DNA from: Tubiluchus corallicola
Taxonomy: Eukaryota; Animalia; Priapulida
Length of the DNA: 64,000 bases
NCBI GenBank assembly: GCA_030141605.1
Contig: JAQGDQ010000076.1
Span: forward strand, 372,001 to 436,000
Reading direction: 5' to 3'
Below the pieces are notes generated by a model that had not been told where the DNA came from, made no database searches, and saw only the letters and a program-made list of their open reading frames with translations. The number at the start of each line of letters is the position of its first letter. Position 1 is the stretch's first letter. This document shows positions 13,913 through 25,915 of the stretch, piece by piece. The translations under genes and the position numbers were made by a program.

Positions 13913-16216
13913 AATAAGTATGATTCTTTAAATAAGTTTTAAGGGAAAAATGTTCCTTTCGAGTGAACTAACTGTATTATCATAACATATAAAACGTAGA
14001 ATGCAAATGTTAAAAAATGTATGCGTTTAAATTCAAGCGAATGGAAAAACGAATGAAAAATTTGTGTTTGGTTGGCTGACTGTTTGACTAATAGCACGAA
14101 TAGTCGTGCATACTAGTTGGCGTTTAGGTGGGTTTGGATGATTACAGGATGAATGAGTGAACGAATGAATTATTAAATTTTTGAATGAATTGTTGACTGA
14201 TTAATCGACCGAATGCGTTATTGACTGCTTGCGAATGAGAAACTAGCGAATAGTTTGTGTTTATCCCAACAAATAATTACGCAGATCTACAAAGTACCTG
14301 TAGATAACACAAGTGCGGGTGCCACTAATATGAGTAACTATGATTGTGTATAAAAGCTATAAATACATAAATGTTTGTAAAAATAAATATATGTATAAAT
14401 ATTCACGTATTGTATATGTAATTGTATATTGTAAATGCATTACATATACACAAAGTCTACATGGTCAATGGTATTTAAGTGATTGAAGTGCGCTTATTCA
14501 TCGGCACTGGGAATGGGGGAGTAGTCCGTCAAGCACATTACTAATGGGCCTTAGCATTCCTGGCCTTTGGCAATATCTCAAGCATTTTTAAACATCTGTG
14601 CATGTAAATCGCATAGACTTACGGAGTGAAGGAAAATTATCCAACAATTTTTGCCATTAATGTTATCAGTGTAGGATCTGACTACATTTAAAACAACGCT
14701 GCTTCAATTTTGGTCAAGTAGCACTTCATCGCGATCATGTTTTAAACATGGAACGCCTGTGGAAATAAGGAGAGAAATTCTGCTAACCTGCTTATGCCTA
14801 ATAATTGTTTCCTGGCTGTGTTGAAACGTTACGACTAACAAATATTTTGTGGCACATCCCCTACGGTTGACACAATTTACATCCTAGGATGTCATCATCA
14901 TTCTTCAGGCGGTTTGTGACAAATTGATAATGGAAATTTTTACAAATTCTCATCCGATGCTCTTTGGCAGATGATTGCTTTAGAATCGTCGTAACCATGG
15001 GAGATGTTTTGGGCATCTGACGCCATTCAAGGTTTCCTAATGATTGGACAACGTTGTTGTTGTTAACAAGGCGCAACAAAATGACTGTCAACCTTTAGAA
15101 CGTCGTCTATCAAATGAGACAGATCGAGGATTCAATATGGCATCAACCAGATGCGAATCCAATGACGTATGCAATCGAGTTAACAAAGTAAAAAAATTAT
15201 AAATAAATAAACCAGACGATGACAGATTGGCGTGAGAGGATATGCCCAAGCCTCCATTATTATGTTAGATAACATAGAAATCTTGAACCTCTTTTTTATT
15301 TCTACTTATTCTTTCACATTTGGTACCAGAACATCTTCGAATAAAAATCATAATTCCTACTGGTTACTTTATACATATAGTCAGAGAATACCGTGCGCAG
15401 CTGAATTAACTCTCTCCTTTTGTATCTTTCATCCCACTTCAACTTCTTCAAGAGGTTCCAGTCATTGTGTTTCCTCATGACCTGTTACTGCCAGACATCT
15501 GGACGGTGGTCAAGCATTTCAGCCACGCAATCCGTGTTTGCCAGCTACTGATTTGATAGAGATTGTGCCACCGGATAAATTAACGTCGAATGGGCAGGTT
15601 AATTCAGTCGCCAGGTGTGGAGAGGCTCCGCGGAAAGAGGTCAAGATTTTTTGAAGTGACCACGCTCTCAAAGAGCTTGATTCATTAAGGGGATTAAGAA
15701 CCAAGTTTTATGCTGGTACAACATTCTGCTTAATTGAGCCGTGCACAAAATCTGCCTTTGACAATTTGCAAGCCGCCTTTATCTGGAAAGTACTTATTCT
15801 CAATCGCACAAAGATGCAAATGTTTTCAAGTACTGCAAATTCATTTTCGATAGAGATTAAGATTGAGACTTTGGGCAAAAATCATTAATATTGAGCAATT
15901 CAGTGTGGCTGGTCTAGGATAAATTCAGTTCGAAATTATAATTGGTAATAGTTTGGAGACAGGAATTAACGACTGACAGTTTTTTGAAGACCTTTGGTAC
16001 AAAATTTACTAGTTAATAGATCGGAACTGATGAGACGTCTGATTAACAGGCGCCTCAGTTAAAGTTTCTGCATACAAAAAGGCGCTTGCATTACTAAACC
16101 GCCAAAGTTCATTTCAGAAGAACATTTTACTACAACAACACCAGGCGCCAAATTATTCAACTTAGCAGCTAGATATAGCCTATACATATAATTTGTATGT
16201 AGTGCATAGTCAGTGC

Positions 16217-16546
16217 TAGGGGTGAATATCGAACGTTCGATTCGAATGAGTTTTTTTAGTTCGAATTGGATTTGAACCTAAAACTATAGATTCGAATAAT
16301 TCAGCACTTCATAAGTTCTTTATCATTAAAACGATTGAAACAACATGCAAGTAGTATAATTTAGCTGCGATTTCTATGCACAATTTTAAATAATATATTA
16401 GTGGTTTTACTGCAGAACAAAATCGAGTAATATACATGATCTTTGTCAGACTAATTTTTAGTGGTGGTACTGAAGTATTCGTTCGATTCGAATTCGAGTC
16501 ACAAATTCGATTCGATTCGCTTTCTGGTAGAGATTGCTCACCCCTA
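16217..16546. mobile_element. Non-autonomous hAT-type MITE (330 bp)
   Basis: Terminal inverted repeats TAGGGGTGA...TCACCCCTA. 8-bp flanking duplication GTCAGTGC/ATCAGTGC (7/8). Clusters of subterminal TTCGA motifs at both ends. Confidence 0.85.
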
Positions 16547-19500
16547 ATCAGTGCCACTATGCCAGTGCATAGTCTTTGGTTTACTAGAGTCATAGATAAC
16601 AGTTTTTTTCAATGAAAAGCACACGGAGGACAACTAAGCCGCATATTTTACAACTCATTTGAATCAAATTTTTGATTTACGTTTCAGCGAACAATTTAGC
16701 ATCACAATGCCAAACTGCCTAGTTACAACTTACTGTTAAAATGATATGAATGTGATTTTAGACCAGCAGTATTTTGTGAGAAGTAAACTGATGAACTTGT
16801 GATAAAATGTTATTATTTATTGGCCTATTTGTCATTTAGCCTAAAAACAGAAGTCTGTATGGTATAAATTTAGTTTCAACTCGCCTATAAGCTGCAGTAA
16901 TAATTATGCAAATCGACAAACGTTTTGCGATCATCGAAATGTTTCTGGTTTTTAACTAAGGAAATTGCTAATTCGCGGACCATGCATATACATGCACTAG
17001 ATTTCACGATAAACTGTTTGCGTGTAGCGAATTTAAATTATGAAATTATTTAAATTCTATTTTACACTGTTTTAAATTAATTTGACACAAACAATGATAT
17101 ATAGTTTTCTGCACCATTTCTTGCGCCCATGTAGTCTGAGTTTCTTTTTGCTTGAATTGTAAACCACAGTCAGAATTTTGACACTTGTGGGTGAGATACC
17201 ATCTACCCGCTTCTGGAATATAAGTCAAGTCTTTCAGCAGTCGGTTTGAAATCTCCATAAGAAGCTTAAGCCCAATCTTATCTGTCTTTTGCAGTCAACG
17301 TTTTGCGGATAATCATTAATTTAGCCACAGGAGATACAAGAGAAGACTTATATACTACAGCATTATACACATACAGAGAAGGCGCCTCTGTTTCTAGTAA
17401 GGTGGTTTAAATTCACCCTTATATCGCACCACTCTGTTTCTAGTTGGCAAATAGCAAATGTTACTGTTACTTTTACAGTTAAAAAGTTAAAGTTTTCGAA
17501 TACACTGCCTTGATTACAGTGTTCTAAAATTGTTAACTAATTTACGCGTTACTTTTAAACCTGTTGTTTGTCATAATTTTTTTATAACGTACCGTACAAT
17601 TCTTAGGAAGTAACTAACTTTTTTACGACTGTTGATATGAAAGGTTAAGAAACGTCATGTTTGTTGATTCTTATTTTTATTAGATTATTTTTCTATAGTA
17701 TAATGATTGTTAAAACTTTTTTGAATGTAACCGTTTTTGTACAGTAAGACTGGGTCAGCTATAAATTGTCGCATTAAACTCATTGTGTGTTTTAATGAAT
17801 TCTTTACCTGACAGGCACACATAGGTCTACCCCATTTTGTTTGGCATTTCTTGACAAGTTAAACTTTTTGTTGCTGATTCACTATTGTTCAGATTGCATA
17901 AGTCAAACTTAGTCAACAAGTTACAAATGCCAAAAATTGGGTTAACGCGATTTTTTTTATCCGTGAACTGTCTTTGTAAACCTCGTTTTTTAGTTTTTTA
18001 TTTTTATTTGTAACATGTATAAAAGTGCTACATAAAAGATAAGACTTACACTAAGAACTAGGAAACACTATATAACAGGCACTACTAAAATAAATAATTT
18101 CATCTAAAGTTTTAAACAGAGAAGTTGAAGTTACCAACGTACAGAGCTATGGTAAATGTAAACTTATTACGCAACTTTGTAGTTATATTAATTTTGTTTT
18201 CCTCGAAGTTTTTCCAGTTTCTGGTTCTTTTCTTTAATGAAGTGAACCCATTGCTTCTCGTCAGCGAAATCATTTTGGAGAAGAAAATTTATGAAGTGGA
18301 AAAACGGCAAAAAATAATCAACATTCACGCCAGAGGATAACAGCCACTACAACGGCTACGATTCGGTTGCCAAGGGCAATAGCCGAGCAAACGCGTCAGT
18401 ATTTCCACAGCTGCAGAATTCCATAGTTTCTCTTCTTTCCAGACGCGAGGAATTTACTAATAGAGTTTTCAGCTAATACATTAACATTAGCCTTTGTAGT
18501 GAATTCAATGGACTATACTGAGCTTGCATAATGGAGTTTGGAGGTAGTTGCAGAAAGTTGTATAAATAGCCTTAAGTTCGCTCGGGAACTTCGTCTGGTG
18601 GGCGGCAGGCTTTATGGCTAATTTTCGTACATCAATTCAAGTTAAAAACATTCAGTTAATTTGCACGTTACTCAAACGATCAACTCCAAATTATACAGTG
18701 CTCGTGATGCTTTGAAGGATTCTAGGACACCAGGAACTGTGAGGTCACTTAGGTTAGGTTTGGTGACCGTTAATATGGCTACCGGGATAACTCGGCATAT
18801 TTATCAAAAATCAAACATAATAGCGGAAATGCGGATCAATTTAGATGTCACTATTCGCATTATTCACGGTCTGGCAATATGTTGATTTATTTTTGTGTGT
18901 TTACAATGTCGCCAGAAGCTGAAAAGCCGTGAAAGGAAGAGTTATGACAAGTGTTTTTATGCTGCAGTGCCGTCGTGGATGAAGTGGCGTGACGGTAATG
19001 ACACCTTCCGCGAGTTAGACGAGTTACTGGAAAAGAAGAAATCACTCTATAAATAAGCTAAATAATACACTGTCATGACTGTCATCATTACCATCTCTGT
19101 TAAATCCTTTCCCAGCCTGCAAGAACGCAACAATATTATTCTTACTAATTCGAGGCAACTTTTTTCTGTTCAAACATTACTGAGGGGATTTTGTTCTCCG
19201 TCTGTCTTGACCTGAGGATCGCTTCAAGGTCAACTGGCCGGGTTGCATTTTTCTATAATTGGATACAAAGTCTTGACTTGTTCTTTGGACGGTGGATGCA
19301 AGCGTCACAGTAAGCACACCCTTCCAACTGAACTAGCTTCCTAAAGTCAGGAACTCTGAAGAGCATTCCGCCAAGCGTTTAGTAAAATTGCTGCTAATCG
19401 CAGAACTTCAAGCAAAGGAGAAAATTATTACCAGCTTCGTCCGTTTAGCCGAAATTAGGACAGGTGCTTTTATTTGCGAGTTACTAATGATCCTTGACCA

Positions 19501-22070
19501 CTCAGACTAAAATGCGGTTTTAATAAGTCTTCGCCAGACTGCTGTTTACTTTGAAGCTAATAAACATCTTTAGCGTGATTGAAGAGATTTGGAAAAAACT
19601 CTGAGGTTGTTCAGATAGACTGAGGTGGTCCTTTGTTTATTTTTGCTCATAGTGCTTTTTGTAACAGCAAGTTCGTCATAGCTGTAATTGTGGTTATCAT
19701 AAACAAACTATTTTAAAGTGGGTACAGTTTATAACTAAGGTTATAACTAAAAAAATTTGTCCTATACCAAGAGTGACATATGCATATGCTTAGCCGTTAG
19801 GTTGGATCGCATTTCGTCTTAAGAAATTGTTTTTAACGATATGCAATTTTTCATTACCTTTCTCAAGAAATATTGTTGTTAGTTTCTGTATTTTTCTGAA
19901 ACGTTCAGTATAAAACCTTATTTTACAAAAACGTTACATAAAGAGACCTAAAAATTGCCATTAATGTGCCTAAATGTTGAAACTCCCTCTGGTAAATCCG
20001 CCTCTGTTTTCCCGCGCATCTTTCAAAGTTGCTACAAAATGAGGTTTTTGCAACACAAACAGCAAACATAATTGCAATGTTTGAGCCTATATCATCGCTG
20101 AATACGACGATTATTCTTCACAGAATTTGGAGAAAAAACACCCTTTCCATTGTGAACTGTTTTGGCGATGCTTGGATGTTGTTTATACAGAAAATTCCAG
20201 AATAATGAGCACCAAGCGATTGCCATTGATTGATTGAGTGGTGGTTTTTGAATAGTTTTATCCTCTTTGCACGCGCTGGGGAGTAGTTACAATGCTTTTC
20301 GCGTCAAATGATTGAAATTGACAAGATAAACTAATGAAGTGTTTATCTGTAGTTAATTGGGAAATAAAAAAAATAAAATTTTAAGCGGACATGAGATAGT
20401 TGCATGACTGAGACACATCAGTTAGGTTAGTAAACTAAAATTATGGTCAAAAATATTAAATAAGTAAAAAATTTACTCAAATAAGGTATGTATTTGAGTG
20501 GCAGTATCAGCTGGTGATTTCAACTCATATGAAAAATTTGCCAAATGAGTTGTAACAGCAGACAGCATGATCGTGGCCTATAATTATGTAGACGAAATTA
20601 TTGACTAAAGGAATTTGATAAGCCCACACTAAATAATACTTTAGGTACATGCACGGGGCGTTCAAAATTTATGCTCGCAAATATCTTTTCATTCTTTTCT
20701 ATTTTTAATTTTTTTTGCTTATCCAGTTCTTTCCTTTTTTCTGTTTGTTTTTTCTTCGTCCATTCTTTTATTTTTCTAACATTCATTCTTTTTCTTTAAA
20801 TGTTTTTCTTTTATCTTTTTTGGATTTCCCAAAAGTCGTATATTAGAAAAAACAATTATTTTCTGTGCTGCTAGGTTTCGTACTTTTTGACTTAGGAATT
20901 TATATTGTATGCAGTTCCACATCTTATTTTTGTCTGTTTGCCAATTACTGGGTGTCTGTGTAGGACACGGGACCCCCCTCCCCCCGCTAAACCGGAATGG
21001 GTTGTACTATTTGGAGACGGCAAGTCCAGGCCGGTGGACACTTCAGTTTACACATCCTAAGAAATTTTGTTGAAGCAGTTTACATGGTGCTAAACACTCT
21101 ATAGACGTACTTTCGCGAGCTATTTACTGTAAAAACACCGAGAAAGATTGGATTAGTTCAAATACTCTTGCTACAAACGTATGGGAAGTGACAGAATGTC
21201 TCTCACAACTCACTCATCGTGTGTGGTGGTTACCTGTATGTCAAGTTATTTTTCTTTCAGTCTGTACATTTTTAATCTTTAAATCTTGTCAATATCACAC
21301 TTTCCTGTTTTTGGTTAAATGATTAGGAACATTATTTTTCTATAGTGAACTGCATTTTAGCGAGTTCAGATTTTGTTGTTCACTGAATTCTATTCTGTGA
21401 ATTAATAACATTAGGCTATAATTTTCTACTTGCATTATGATTAAAAAACAACGAGTTATTTTTTATGATTCTGAAATTTCTGGCTTGAACTTGAAAAGTA
21501 AAAGCACCCGCTAGCTTCTTTCTCTTAAATCAGCCTGATACATATTTTACTCAGTTGAGGAACGCAATTATGTGACAAAGGATTGGCCTGTCAAAAAATT
21601 TAATGTTTATGGAAATTTCGCGCCACGGAAATTTGGTGTCAAAGGGTTGACGACTTCGCAGCAGCAATGCTGACATGCTTGGCTGACAACGATGGATTTT
21701 TTTCGTAAACAATCTGGCTGAAAATCGAAAAATAATCGTTTTTTCGCGCGGAAGACGTTTTTAAAGAACTGAAAATACATTTTGACAACTGTGAAAAATG
21801 AGAGTTTATAAAGGTACTTGAACTTTCAATGCAGCACTAATAGTTGTACAACAATACACTGTCACTGCAGTTAATAAATTACCGAGTTGGAACTATTGTC
21901 AGCAATAAATCAAGGGCTGCGCTCATAAAAAAGACTCGGTGTAGCAAAGTACCCCCGTAATTGGTGGTCAGGGTTAATTAAGTTCAGCCTACAACACGAG
22001 GAAGAAACTAGTTAGTTGACCAAAACTGCCTTTATGATATGCTACTATTACAATTCACAACCAGCAACTG

Positions 22071-22622
22071 TATATAAACATGAGCGATATTATAATAAAA
22101 TTTTAGTATATATATATTGTTATCCAGTCTCATTAAGCTAAATAGTGTAAAATGTTTTGGTGATTGCCCATGACAAAGATAATAATAAAAAAGAGACGTT
22201 TACGATGACAACTATCAAATAATCCATTAAAGCAAAAAGTTGCTATATTCCTGTGAGTTAAAAAATTACAGTGTATCTTAAAAACCAGAAATAAGGGCAT
22301 CGGCTAGTTGCATATATATATCTATATCTATATCTATCTATCTATATAGATAATATATAGATATATAAATAAAAGATATAAATATAATATAGAATATATA
22401 TATAAACACGAGCGATATTATAATAAAATTTTAGTATATATGATATTCTGGTTTTTAAGATACATTGTAATTTTTTAACTCACAGGAATATAGCAACTTT
22501 TTGCTTTAATGGATTTTTTGATAGTTGTCATCGTAAACGTCTCTTTTTGATTATTATCATTGTCATCGGCAATTACCAAAACATTTTACACTATTTAGTT
22601 TAATGAGACTGGATAACAATAT
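22071..22622. repeat. Long inverted repeat (~177-bp arms) combined with a ~42-bp direct repeat
   Basis: 22114-22290 is the reverse complement of 22446-22622 with few mismatches. 22071-22112 is directly repeated at 22399-22440. The spacer is TA-rich. Confidence 0.93.
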
Positions 22623-24465
22623 TCATTAATCATGCCAACAGTAGGACGGTATATAATTATAATAAATAGATAACTGCTTATTAACATCCTTCCAAAAACA
22701 TTCAGTCATAGCATAATAATGGCTAGCAAGTCTTGTACTCTGAACTTAATATTTTAAAGGTGAATTGAGATTGAACTATGTGTGCAGTCTAACCCATAAT
22801 AGTTAATTCGCTAAGAATTATTATTTACGTATGTAAATTTTCCAATTCCAATACATGTAGTACTTTACATAAAGACTACGCATGCGTGTCATCAGCGCAC
22901 AAAGGGCGTAGGGTGTGTTAAACCGTATTTACATGCTGGCAACAATAACAATGCAATTAAACTGTTGATGGACACTGTCCATGCTTGCTTTGTTTACAAT
23001 TCGAACTGATTTTCACCGCATGTTGCACTCTCATGTTAATGATACCGTTACAAATTGACCGAGTTGACCACTCTCGGATGTGGGTGTTCTGTCTGGTCAA
23101 TTTGTCATAATTATCCAAGCGATGCGGGTATAGTTTAATAACCAGAATCTATCTAACAGGGAGGCTCCAGATATGGGGTGTAAAGTAGACAAATTGGTCA
23201 TAGATTTGAGCTATTAATTTTGATAATCAATGTAGGCTCATTGGAAGACTCGTTCTTTCTTTCAGCATTATTCGTGCAGCTGTATGATATTATAGTATAT
23301 ATTATTAGATATGTATGCAAGGATAAGTACTACGTGACCAAATGGGTACTGTAAATAATTAAGGTGTGGGGACGTCATTGTTCTCTCATTTCGCTGAAAC
23401 ATTGTCAATCCACAACAAATATTCTGTACCAGTGAAAAAGATGCGGGCGGTCCTATACTGACACCCCAACTCACACTAGCACTTATTATAATTTACCCTC
23501 ATCTGTAAACTCCTGTCAACTTATAATTAAACGGTCAATTCTGGAAATAGTATTCATAAGTAGCTTAATGTGGGCTTTGCGTGTTTGTGGAAATTCCCAG
23601 TAGTGTTGGGGGATGAAGTTCTGGCGACATGTCAAAGAGACCACATTAATAATTCTTCTTGCAAATAACTATATGTAATGTAAAGCAAAAGTATTCTGTG
23701 AATAATCAATGGCGAAACTGCACTCGCCGAAATATTTTCAGCGAGGAAGCTGCTTTACTGCCTCCCACTGTCTCAAAAATATATTTGAACTAGTACTCAT
23801 TGTTCTTATAAGAGGAATTTCAAGTTCAGATATTTACAAAATGTTTTTGCATAAATTGTGTTTGTTGGTGTATCAGTCTTCAGGGGTCTGTCTAGATCAA
23901 CGCCGTCAAATATATAAAAATGCCTCGCATTCCGCTTGGTTGACATCAGCTAAAATAATCTATCATTAAGTGTAATTACAGGGGGTAAATGATATAGCTA
24001 TATTAACGTAATAACATACATTTGGTGTGTACAACAGTTTTTTCATGTAATTTTCATGCGTTTCGTTTCCTACTTTTTGACGTTCCGTCGTTCGAAGAAA
24101 AGATTCACGATGCGCAGATGCGGAAATTACATAATATTTTACAAGTTTGTCAATAACAATGAAAATTTCAAAAAACTCATTACATCGAGAATGAAGGCTA
24201 AACAACGTTGATACTTTTTACGAAGATGATATTGGGCTTTTAGTTTGTACATCATACTGTGAATTATAGTAGTTTGTAAGAATCACTGAAATGACAATTT
24301 CTAAATCGCTACATTTCTCGCTTCACTTTCAGTGCTTTTGTTGTTGAATATTTGACTTTTCTTTAACAGTGTGTCTTTTCTTTGACAGGTGGCGAACGGT
24401 TCGAGTCGCACCACAAAAGAGTTTGTAACTCAACACGCAGTTAGCAAACCGGCAGAGCTGTCAAC

Positions 24466-24473
24466 TATATAAG
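24466..24473 (+). promoter_or_regulatory. Candidate TATA box of four-jointed
   Basis: TATATAAG in GC-richer context 220 bp upstream of the first in-frame ATG. A strong splice acceptor (TCTTTTCTTTGACAG, ending 24388) lies just upstream, so a distal promoter may also exist. Confidence 0.45.
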
Positions 24474-24685
24474 CAGCGCGGATTGGAGCAGCTGAATTTG
24501 CACTCGCATTCCACCTATACCACATTAATCAACGTCCAAGGGAGTACGTCTAACCAAAAGAATTCAATGTTCATGCTGTGTTGAGTTGTTCATTGTAGAA
24601 ATGTAGATCCAGGGGAAGGAATGTGTTTTGGAGATACATTGAAACGTGGAGTGTAAATGACATTTTTTCGTTTGCCACTAACAAA

Positions 24686-25915
24686 ATGAGTCTGGACAGT
24701 TTCTCTGTTAAAATGTTAGTCTTATTTTTAATAACAGTTTTGATATCAGGCACCAAGTGCCGTAGTGTGGATGGTTATAAGTATCGGACAAATAAACTTG
24801 ATCGAAATCATTTCATCCAGGCGCCGGATTTTGAAAAAGACAACGAGGTTTTGCTGAAAAACAATACAGTTGTAATAATCGGCAAGCACATACCATTGAT
24901 CCATGTGTCTGACTCTAACAACGAAGATGTTATTATGCAACCTCATACAGAAAGACATTTAGATGATATTATAGATGGTGTTTACTGGACTAACAAAGTT
25001 GAGAAAAAGCTGCCACCTGGGTTTGACAGTTCTAGGTATAAATCATGGAAGGACATCACGAGCAGTAAAACAGTTGAAAGAATGCAACTTGGTTGCGGTC
25101 GAATGTCCAATCGCCTTGTGACATTCAGTGATGGAACAAAGAGCTGTGTTCGATATAGGGACAACAGCGATCAAATTCATGGAGAGCTATTTTCTTTTTA
25201 CCTAGCGTGGCTTCTGGGGATTCCTAACGTACCTCCCCTCAGTACGGGTGTGGTCGGTGGAAGGGAGTGGCAGTGGGACCAGGTGACAAACAATATCACA
25301 GATGCAGGTTGGATAAAATGCAGACCGTTCATTTTCTCCCAGTTTATTGAGGACCTCACACCGGCCTACATCCCTAAAGAGCTGCGCTATCAGAACAGAA
25401 GTCTGCATCCAAACCCAGAATTCTTGGCAAAAACAGACGAGGAGCTAGCTGAGCTGGCACAGTTTAGCGATCTTGTAGTATTTGATTATCTTACAGCTAA
25501 TGTTGATCGAGTTGTGAACAATATGCATAATGAACAGTGGAATGAATTCATCATGTCCAGTCCAGCCCACAATCTGGACAAAATTGAATCAAATGATGAG
25601 AACTCGGGTTTGCTGATATTTTATGACAACGAACCTGGATTATTACATGGTTACCGCCTCTTAAAATCTTACCAGAACTACCACAATGCTTTGTTAAAAA
25701 GTGTTTGCTTGTTTAGACCTAAAACTGCAAAGGCCATCAAAAAGTTTCACCAAGACAAAAATGTGGGACAAGAATTGTGGCGATTGTTCACATCACATGA
25801 ACCTGACTCTGTCACCCATGTGCGCCGCCTTCCAGAAAAGAATGTAGACATTTTAAATCAGAGGATATCTGATGTTTATAATCAAATAACAAAATGTGAA
25901 CAGAAATATAGTTAG
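24686..25915 (+). CDS. fj: Four-jointed Golgi/secretory pathway kinase (409 aa, intronless CDS)
   Basis: Family motifs GVYW..VE..LP.GF, GCGRMSNR, CVRYR.N.DQIHGELFSFYL, DLVVFDYLTANVDR and the catalytic DNE in FYDNEPGLLHGYRLL. N-terminal hydrophobic segment. First ATG at 24686; the ORF track starts at a GTG (24623). Confidence 0.95.
   Translation: MSLDSFSVKMLVLFLITVLISGTKCRSVDGYKYRTNKLDRNHFIQAPDFEKDNEVLLKNNTVVIIGKHIPLIHVSDSNNEDVIMQPHTERHLDDIIDGVYWTNKVEKKLPPGFDSSRYKSWKDITSSKTVERMQLGCGRMSNRLVTFSDGTKSCVRYRDNSDQIHGELFSFYLAWLLGIPNVPPLSTGVVGGREWQWDQVTNNITDAGWIKCRPFIFSQFIEDLTPAYIPKELRYQNRSLHPNPEFLAKTDEELAELAQFSDLVVFDYLTANVDRVVNNMHNEQWNEFIMSSPAHNLDKIESNDENSGLLIFYDNEPGLLHGYRLLKSYQNYHNALLKSVCLFRPKTAKAIKKFHQDKNVGQELWRLFTSHEPDSVTHVRRLPEKNVDILNQRISDVYNQITKCEQKYS

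Noticed and set aside
18185-18346. Protein-like minus-strand frame (..NDFADEKQWVHFIKEKNQKLEKLRGKQN*)
   Set aside because: About 50 codons, no in-frame ATG, no recognisable family and a weak acceptor.
24623-24685. GTG-initiated N-terminal extension of four-jointed
   Set aside because: Eukaryotic gene; the ATG at 24686 has A at -3 and directly precedes the hydrophobic signal.
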